From contig CAWGXL010000002.1 in the NCBI GenBank assembly GCA_963826535.1, forward strand, positions 30,503 through 94,502: 64,000 nucleotides of DNA, in the 5' to 3' direction. Below, piece by piece: positions 57,869-64,000 of the stretch. Position 1 is the first letter of the stretch, and each line of letters starts with the position of its first letter. Made by a program: the position numbers and the translations under genes. Below the pieces are notes generated by a model. The model was not told the origin of the DNA. It searched no databases and was given only the letters and a program-made list of their open reading frames with translations. This stretch comes from an uncultured bacterium (lineage in GTDB: Bacteria > Patescibacteriota > Microgenomatia > Levybacterales > UBA12049).

Positions 57869-58126
57869 ATGAGTAATTCCAATCATCCTGATTCAGCCAG
57901 AGCTGTAATTGCATTTTTAATAATTGGGCTAATGGCAGGAATATTTTTAGTTTTTTATCAAAATAGTGATTATATAATGAATTCCAATCAGTTTTATTAT
58001 TTTATGACTCTTGCGGTAGTTGGCGCAGGATTTATGATAGGCTTGCTATATTTAGCAAGTAAACCTGTACAGAAGCATAAGGCTGTTACGCATAAGACGC
58101 ACAAAAAGAAAAGATCCTCGAGATAA
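57869..58126 (+). CDS. small two-TM membrane protein
   Basis: Two hydrophobic helices and a basic tail; TTGACA-18-TATAAC ends 7 nt before ATG. Confidence 0.7.
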   Translation: MSNSNHPDSARAVIAFLIIGLMAGIFLVFYQNSDYIMNSNQFYYFMTLAVVGAGFMIGLLYLASKPVQKHKAVTHKTHKKKRSSR

Positions 58127-58187
58127 ACTTCCAAATTTATATTTTTTTCTAGACTTTTATTAAAGCAAATGAATTATACATCTTGCG

Positions 58188-59042
58188 CTATTGGGAAAGT
58201 GGAGGGTTGGTGATGGTTTGTACACTGGAAACCGGCTGTGTCGCGGTTGTTGTTGAAGCGGAGTTTGTATTAGAAGACATATACACAACTATAAGTACGA
58301 TAATAAGAATACCAAATACACCGCTCATTATAATAATTCTTTTTTTGTCTGTTTTTGGTTTTTGGACTTCTTGTGTTTCTGTTTCGTCTATTTCACTTTC
58401 GTTTTTCTCTGGTTCATGTGTTGACTGAACTAACAGATTATATTGTTTTAATGTAGGAGTTAATTGCAGGATTAAGTTTGCCGCTGCGGGAGTCAATACC
58501 GGCTGAGAGCTAATATTGCTTCCATATAATCCGCCCGGTATAACGAAATCAATTGAAAAGCCGTTTTTTTCAAATGTAGTTTTTATTGCATCTATCAATT
58601 CCTGATTGGTAGCAATTATCCGTTCTCCGTTTTGCAATTGAAACTCTTTGCTCGCCACTATTTCAAATGGAATATGATCCAGAAACTCTTCTTTTTGCTT
58701 CTTCAGCTCATTTTTAGATTCGTCTTCCTCTTTTTCTTGAGTTTGTTTTTGCACCTGTGACTCCTTGGTTGCAACAGCTAGCACAGGACGCCTATCCGGC
58801 TGCGCAAAGTCCTTTATAAAACAGACATTATCGGCTAAAGCTATTATAAAACTACAAGGCAGTATTTTATTGCTTTCTATAAAGATTTTGATAATATTTT
58901 CAAACAACTCTTTGTTAACTACATCCAGATCACGGACAATATCAGGCACAAAATGGAACTCAAGAACGTTAGGTTGCAAAGCAGTGTAGATCTGAAATTT
59001 ATCGCGTAGTAAATAAATCACCCCAGTTCCTTTGACCGGCAT
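58188..59042 (-). CDS. hypothetical protein with C-terminal TM helix in pilin operon
   Basis: Directly follows the minor pilin genes; C-terminal anchor. Confidence 0.7.
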   Translation of the reverse strand: MPVKGTGVIYLLRDKFQIYTALQPNVLEFHFVPDIVRDLDVVNKELFENIIKIFIESNKILPCSFIIALADNVCFIKDFAQPDRRPVLAVATKESQVQKQTQEKEEDESKNELKKQKEEFLDHIPFEIVASKEFQLQNGERIIATNQELIDAIKTTFEKNGFSIDFVIPGGLYGSNISSQPVLTPAAANLILQLTPTLKQYNLLVQSTHEPEKNESEIDETETQEVQKPKTDKKRIIIMSGVFGILIIVLIVVYMSSNTNSASTTTATQPVSSVQTITNPPLSQ

Positions 59043-59044
59043 AT

Positions 59045-59419
59045 TTAAAATACCTCCTTTCTTGAGTCTATCACAAGAACATAATCAGAATTATAATGTG
59101 CTTTAATCTGTATTTTACGCGTATAATTACCTACTTTTCCACTTGCAGTTGCTATAAATGTACCTCCGGGACTGGTAACTTGTATATCTACTGTTCCATC
59201 ACCAATTGACATACTTTCGCCGGTATACGCAGGATTTCTTAATAATCGCAGCAAGGCATTTTCTGCTCCGCTTTGTGCCAACTCATAGGCGATGGTACCC
59301 TGCTGGAATTTCAATCCGCTTTGGGAATTAATTAAAACCAACATGGTTGCTCCAGTGGCTATGGTAATTCCGATAAGTGAAATAAAAAGCAATGAAATGA
59401 GCGCTTGTCCTTTATTCAT
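59045..59419 (-). CDS. minor pilin (PilX/GspK-like)
   Basis: KG|QALISLL hydrophobic N-terminus; AYELAQSGAENALLRLLR. Confidence 0.85.
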   Translation of the reverse strand: MNKGQALISLLFISLIGITIATGATMLVLINSQSGLKFQQGTIAYELAQSGAENALLRLLRNPAYTGESMSIGDGTVDIQVTSPGGTFIATASGKVGNYTRKIQIKAHYNSDYVLVIDSRKEVF

Positions 59420-59946
59420 GGCATGCTAAAAGTAGTCTTGAAATCTCTATATTCAGGTCCGTTACGGCGTATTATCTTACTGGTTAATCTGAAACTAACC
59501 CGGATTGTATCTTTGTTCCCTCCCGGACCGATTCTCTGAAATAAAAGAGCCGATATGCTTGAGTCAGTACTACTTAAATTATTCAGACTCGGAGTAACTA
59601 ATTGCAAGCTACCGCTACTGGACGCACTATAAGTATATAGCACAGAATTTATCTTAATTTTCAAAATCGGCCCGGCTGAACCGGTAGCAGGCGTATCAAT
59701 GTTATTGTTTAAGGGGTTAGCGCTATCCGCTGACTGAAAATCATGTGCCAATTTCGCCAAAATATACCTTCCATCCAGATCAACGCTAGAGTATGATTTC
59801 GACTCAAGCTGAACATCTATAATTGATCCAAAAACCGAACTTAATATCAGCAAAAGTGTAGAAAAAATACTTATAAACATAAGTAATTCTATAAGTGTAA
59901 AGCCCTTCGGCAAGCTCAGGGCATGGCCATGTGACGTAGTTTTCAT
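59416..59946 (-). CDS. minor pilin (PilW/GspJ-like)
   Basis: KG|FTLIELLMFISIF. Confidence 0.88.
   Translation of the reverse strand: MKTTSHGHALSLPKGFTLIELLMFISIFSTLLLILSSVFGSIIDVQLESKSYSSVDLDGRYILAKLAHDFQSADSANPLNNNIDTPATGSAGPILKIKINSVLYTYSASSSGSLQLVTPSLNNLSSTDSSISALLFQRIGPGGNKDTIRVSFRLTSKIIRRNGPEYRDFKTTFSMP
59902..59922. repeat. CCCTTCG.CAAGCTCAGGG-type element forming part of the prepilin leader
   Basis: GCCCTTCGGCAAGCTCAGGGC (GCCCT/AGGGC ends) read on the minus strand as ALSLPKG. Confidence 0.7.
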
Positions 59947-60927
59947 TTATTGAACATTGAAATCTAGCGAGCGCAGCATATGATCAAAAACATAAACAAA
60001 TACAGGATTGCTTGCACTACTGCCCAACGCGAAATAACCGTTTGCATATTGGAATACAGCCGAAATAGAACTCAAACCAAGGGGACCATTTGTGTAAATG
60101 GTGCCGGGAGTTCCACTAACTATAATTGGACCGGTATAGCTGGCTGACGAACTTAAATAGTCAGCTTTCCACCCCACAAAAGCGATAGACGGCTTGTCTA
60201 TATTGCCCGCATCACCGGGCATATATAGAGTAATTCCTTCATGTCCATTAAAGTTGGATTTCACCATTTGCCAATCAGAGGGATAATCAATAGCGTAATG
60301 ATCTTGATGATTTATATAACGCATCCAGATTACATCTACAGGAGGTATGGCCGGAGGTATATAGGTGAAATAATCACCTTCTTCATTTTTAAAAATAATT
60401 TGAACATCCGTCACAGGTGTGGGAGTTACAGAATTGGCGGGATTATTTAACTCGCTGCCTTGCTGATTGTCTGTTGATGATGAACCGGATCCGCCGCCGC
60501 TTCCTCCTGAATTTGCTGATTGATTTGATGAACCTGCGTTTGCATTTTGTTGGGTTGAAACATTTTGAGTACTTGTTTGTGATCCTGATTGAGAATATTG
60601 TCCGCCTGAATTACTGTATTGGTTCTGGGTTTGAATGGTATTTCTACCAGGACTAAAGAAGCCTCCTATAAAATAAAAAAATTTAGTCATTAGCGGGGGG
60701 TCTGTCGGAGTTGGCGCGTTTGCAGGTAATTGTGAAGCCTGTTGATAATCCTGCGTATTTAATTGACTTTGTGTTTTATCATTTACGGCTTTATACTTGG
60801 TGTTGCTACTTATAAATGACATGCTAACAACGCTCACAAGCATGACAAAGATAATCGCGCCAATGATAAACAGCATTTTTTGCTGCACAATTAATTGGAT
60901 TAATTTATCAGAATATTTATTTTTCAT
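59947..60927 (-). CDS. membrane-anchored surface protein with Gln/Ser/Gly linker and PsbP-like C-terminal domain
   Basis: N-terminal TM helix, low-complexity linker, WMRYINHQDHYAIDYPSDW...FDHMLRSLDF. Confidence 0.75.
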   Translation of the reverse strand: MKNKYSDKLIQLIVQQKMLFIIGAIIFVMLVSVVSMSFISSNTKYKAVNDKTQSQLNTQDYQQASQLPANAPTPTDPPLMTKFFYFIGGFFSPGRNTIQTQNQYSNSGGQYSQSGSQTSTQNVSTQQNANAGSSNQSANSGGSGGGSGSSSTDNQQGSELNNPANSVTPTPVTDVQIIFKNEEGDYFTYIPPAIPPVDVIWMRYINHQDHYAIDYPSDWQMVKSNFNGHEGITLYMPGDAGNIDKPSIAFVGWKADYLSSSASYTGPIIVSGTPGTIYTNGPLGLSSISAVFQYANGYFALGSSASNPVFVYVFDHMLRSLDFNVQ

Positions 60928-60987
60928 AGGTTCTAATTAAGATTATCGTTTTGAGGAGGTAGATGCAAGAGGATGACAAAAATATGG

Positions 60988-63900
60988 TTATGGAGCATGA
61001 TTGACTGTAACGTCTTTTAGCTGGGGTGAATAGTCATTATTTTCGGTTGTTAACCATGCTTTATAAAGGAAACAGCGATTTGGATTTTGGTAATTCGGGT
61101 TAATACTACCGTACCTGATAGCCCCTGATATGCTCGCGCCTATTGTGCTATAAAAATCAAGCGGCTTGCCATCGGCATCAAGAGCAGGATTACCGTTGGG
61201 TCCAATAAAAGTGTAATAATTTGGATCGGTCGAACAGGATGGCCCAACAATAGGTGCTACTGCAACTTGCATCGTAAGAGTTGTATTAGCAGGACTATCA
61301 ATATTGGCTACAAATCTATTAAAGATCGTTGATGTACTTGCTACTATCGGATTGGATACAAAGTTCCCCGCAGGCATATAAATGCCTTCATCAACCCCGC
61401 CTTGAATGATTTTCAACTCATTATTTGTCGTATTCGCAATTATATAAACAAAATTATCACCGTCTTTTTCTGACACAGAAGTCAGACCATTAAATCCTGT
61501 ACCGGAATTGTAAATTCCTCCACAATACCTGGGATTCGTTTCGCTGCTCGGAGGAGAAGCTGCAGGATCCATACTAATCACTTGATACTCCTGAGCGTTA
61601 TTACTGTTAGGAATACCGTCCTTTCCTACCAGAACTGCACGCTTACCATCAAGGACTGTCAATGAACTTCTCGTAAAAAGTTCTTCATTGTGATAGCTGG
61701 GACCACTTGGTGGGGGTGTAACTACCGCACCGTTATAGTAACCATTTGCTGGTTCTGGAGATCCTGATCCCGACAGGAATCGTACATCGCTTTTGTTTGA
61801 AGTATTAAGTATATAAAATTGTTTACTATCCGGTCCATTAGCTCCATCTGCATCAACGCCTCCATTTGACGATATATATGCACGAGTTCCGTCTGAGTTA
61901 CCGAATACCGAATTTGCCGCTTCTTCTGTATTATTATCATTATTAAAATCAATTGTATCGCTACGCCTCCATCCGCTATTAGGGTTATTAGATGTATCAG
62001 TAGCACCGCAATAAGCATTACTGATGGTAGGGGAAGTACTTCCCGTTGGCAACGTGGTGACATTAATAATCTCAAATTCTTCAGGAGTAACTCCGCCGAC
62101 AGCCACATAAACATAAGTATTAGCTCCAACTTTTATAGGAAAAACGTCATTAGTCGCGTAAAGTTCTATATTCCCTCCGTCCGAACAATCATTATGAATT
62201 GCGCTTGTATCATCGCCCCAGCTAGTCCCTGATTCTCCGGGATCATATTTTTCCACGGTTGCAGGAGAGCCCGGATTACAATCATAACCGTCAAGTTGGA
62301 TACGGCAGCCCAACATATCAAGACCGTTGCTCGGAGATTTACTATCAATATTGCTTAAATCAAATACATAAAGATACCCGCCTGAAGTCATGTACCCTTT
62401 ATTATCAAGTATTGCGAGCGATGTTGCCCCATAAGTATAAGGCGCTCTATCATAAGCGGTATCAGTAAGGCTGTAATAGACCTTCACTGCTGCCCAATCC
62501 AGAAAGAAATCACGCGTATTGTCAAGACCAACATTAGTTATACGCATTCGGAAATTCGCATTGGTGAAATCTCCGACGCTCCACGCGCGGCCCCAAGTAT
62601 TTGTTGAGCCGCCATAAGTCTCAGTAGCCTGACTTGTGCCAAGAGTACTGGAAATGGCTGATGTCCATGTATTACCTCCATCCCACGATAGCTCAACGCA
62701 CATAGTCGGATCCGGAGAGCCTGACGTACTGTTAACCCATGCATCCAAACGCACTTCTATGCCACCGATAGTTACCCCGGCCGGAATATTTATATTGTAG
62801 TCGTAATAGCGATGCCGGTCTTTACCTGCGCTTCCACAAGTAGTGCCTGTTGCTGTGCCACTGTCACGGTCTTCCGCATACGAGGTACTTCCGGAACCGT
62901 CAGCATATGCTCTTGTCGGATCCCGTTCAAAGCCGTTGCCATCCCCTCCGGTACTGGCTGCGTTGGCTGATGGACTTAAGAATCCCGTATCAAAGTTTTG
63001 AACAACAGGAGGAGAGCCTGAATAAATTCTGGTGTTAAAAAAAGTATGGTATTTATAAATCTTGTTTGTTATATCCTGATAGGCGTCCCCGCTACCGTCA
63101 TTTATCTGCGCAGCTACAATCTCTTTGTCCGGAAGATCTGTCGCAAGTAAGGCGTATACTTTGCCGTCAGATTTTTTATAAAATGCCACATCATTTGTCT
63201 TGAAACTATTTGTCAAATTTGGAATTGAAGGGGGATTCCCCAAAACAGATGGATAAGTTCCTCCCGTATATTGACTTGAATCTAAGGTAAATTTTCCCCG
63301 CATTGTTGCAGTAGGAGTTGCCTGATTGGCAGTCACATTTATATAAGCAAGTTTTACCGCACTTGTTGTATTCGGAGACGTTGCAACAAAAACATCATTC
63401 GGGATGGATGTAAATGCGCTGGCTGTCGCCGCCACTGCAACAGGAGGATCAGGTAAGGGTATATTAAAATCTGAGATCGATGGGGAGCACCATTTTGCTT
63501 TGTCATTATTAGACAGCTTGACCTCTCCGTCGCTAACAGTAGTTAATTGGACATGATCTTTATGCCCCGCGTTAAATTGATCATAGGTTGTCTGTTTTTG
63601 AGTGAGGTTATCCGTGCGAGTCAGATAAAATATTGAGTTGATCGAATTTGTGGTAGGTTGGGTCCAGGAGACTCTGATCTCTGCTTTTTTAGTTGACGGA
63701 TCGATTGTGCCTGACGGAGCAGCAACGATATTACCATTGTCATCTCTGTTCACGTCACTGATAAACACCTCCTGTGTGAGCCCGGCAGAAGTACTGGCCC
63801 CCGACACCAGAGTCCAAAGGTTTCCTGAAATTTCGGGATGATATGGGATGAGACTGCTTGGAGGCATAAACGACCATCCTGATTTTTGCACTGCCCTGAC

Positions 63901-64000
63901 CGCTTCTTCAGTTTCTTTGAGCAGCGAAACTGCCTGCGCTTGCTGTATTTGCCTGACTTTCCCGTCTCGCGATGCCATTAGGCCTATCATCAAAGTAGGA
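60988..64000 (-). CDS. large pilin-like adhesin (>1000 aa, 5' end outside window)
   Basis: Frame open to the window edge (PTLMIGLMASRDGK...EAVRAV...DPSTKKAEIRVSW...YLT minor-pilin-like N-domain), then beta-rich LVIVD-like repeats and a jelly-roll-like insert. Confidence 0.8.
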   Translation of the reverse strand, partial: PTLMIGLMASRDGKVRQIQQAQAVSLLKETEEAVRAVQKSGWSFMPPSSLIPYHPEISGNLWTLVSGASTSAGLTQEVFISDVNRDDNGNIVAAPSGTIDPSTKKAEIRVSWTQPTTNSINSIFYLTRTDNLTQKQTTYDQFNAGHKDHVQLTTVSDGEVKLSNNDKAKWCSPSISDFNIPLPDPPVAVAATASAFTSIPNDVFVATSPNTTSAVKLAYINVTANQATPTATMRGKFTLDSSQYTGGTYPSVLGNPPSIPNLTNSFKTNDVAFYKKSDGKVYALLATDLPDKEIVAAQINDGSGDAYQDITNKIYKYHTFFNTRIYSGSPPVVQNFDTGFLSPSANAASTGGDGNGFERDPTRAYADGSGSTSYAEDRDSGTATGTTCGSAGKDRHRYYDYNINIPAGVTIGGIEVRLDAWVNSTSGSPDPTMCVELSWDGGNTWTSAISSTLGTSQATETYGGSTNTWGRAWSVGDFTNANFRMRITNVGLDNTRDFFLDWAAVKVYYSLTDTAYDRAPYTYGATSLAILDNKGYMTSGGYLYVFDLSNIDSKSPSNGLDMLGCRIQLDGYDCNPGSPATVEKYDPGESGTSWGDDTSAIHNDCSDGGNIELYATNDVFPIKVGANTYVYVAVGGVTPEEFEIINVTTLPTGSTSPTISNAYCGATDTSNNPNSGWRRSDTIDFNNDNNTEEAANSVFGNSDGTRAYISSNGGVDADGANGPDSKQFYILNTSNKSDVRFLSGSGSPEPANGYYNGAVVTPPPSGPSYHNEELFTRSSLTVLDGKRAVLVGKDGIPNSNNAQEYQVISMDPAASPPSSETNPRYCGGIYNSGTGFNGLTSVSEKDGDNFVYIIANTTNNELKIIQGGVDEGIYMPAGNFVSNPIVASTSTIFNRFVANIDSPANTTLTMQVAVAPIVGPSCSTDPNYYTFIGPNGNPALDADGKPLDFYSTIGASISGAIRYGSINPNYQNPNRCFLYKAWLTTENNDYSPQLKDVTVNHAP

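Noticed and set aside
60460-60630. Low-complexity repeat-like DNA
   Set aside because: Encodes a Gln/Ser/Gly linker and has no fixed nucleotide period.
1-64000. Numerous short ORFs nested in or antisense to long genes; tRNA, rRNA, transposase, integrase or prophage genes
   Set aside because: The nested ORFs are shadows of well-supported CDSs. No tRNA/rRNA signatures or mobile-element enzymes were recognised by eye, though tRNAscan and cmscan were not run.

Overview
Gene-dense, AT-rich bacterial chromosome segment in the standard genetic code. The gene style suggests Patescibacteria/CPR, probably Microgenomates-like; this is inference from the PaaX/Cas2-like regulator, Cys-rich repeat proteins, GFTLIE pilins with the INP motif, and short HolA. 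Housekeeping genes include dprA, topA, a zinc-finger-less dnaJ, ogt, ppsA, ahcY with an adenosine kinase-like gene, holA, and PMM/cupin/PGI-PMI. The window also holds a nearly complete de novo purine cluster (purF-purN fusion, purD, purS-fused purL, purQ, two archaeal-type purP genes, purB, purK, purE, purC, purM; no purH or purO), two TA-like gene pairs, a divergent sugar module (GT20, HAD, GT2, GH1) and a type IV pilin cluster running off the right edge. Features missed by the ORF track: (1) short palindromic or heptameric DNA elements found both between genes and inserted in frame inside topA, purD, purL, PMM, a LytR-C protein and a prepilin leader; (2) a ~170-nt rod-shaped RNA with a central bubble, a 6S-like candidate, at 45.6-45.8 kb; (3) a His-His leader peptide plus terminator ahead of purF; (4) many leaderless promoters; (5) a frameshift-split trypsin-like lipoprotein. 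A 1564-aa M48 peptidase/ABC1-kinase fusion is also notable. No tRNA, rRNA, CRISPR array, transposase, integrase or reverse transcriptase was seen. All calls come from reading motifs by eye; no database searches were run.
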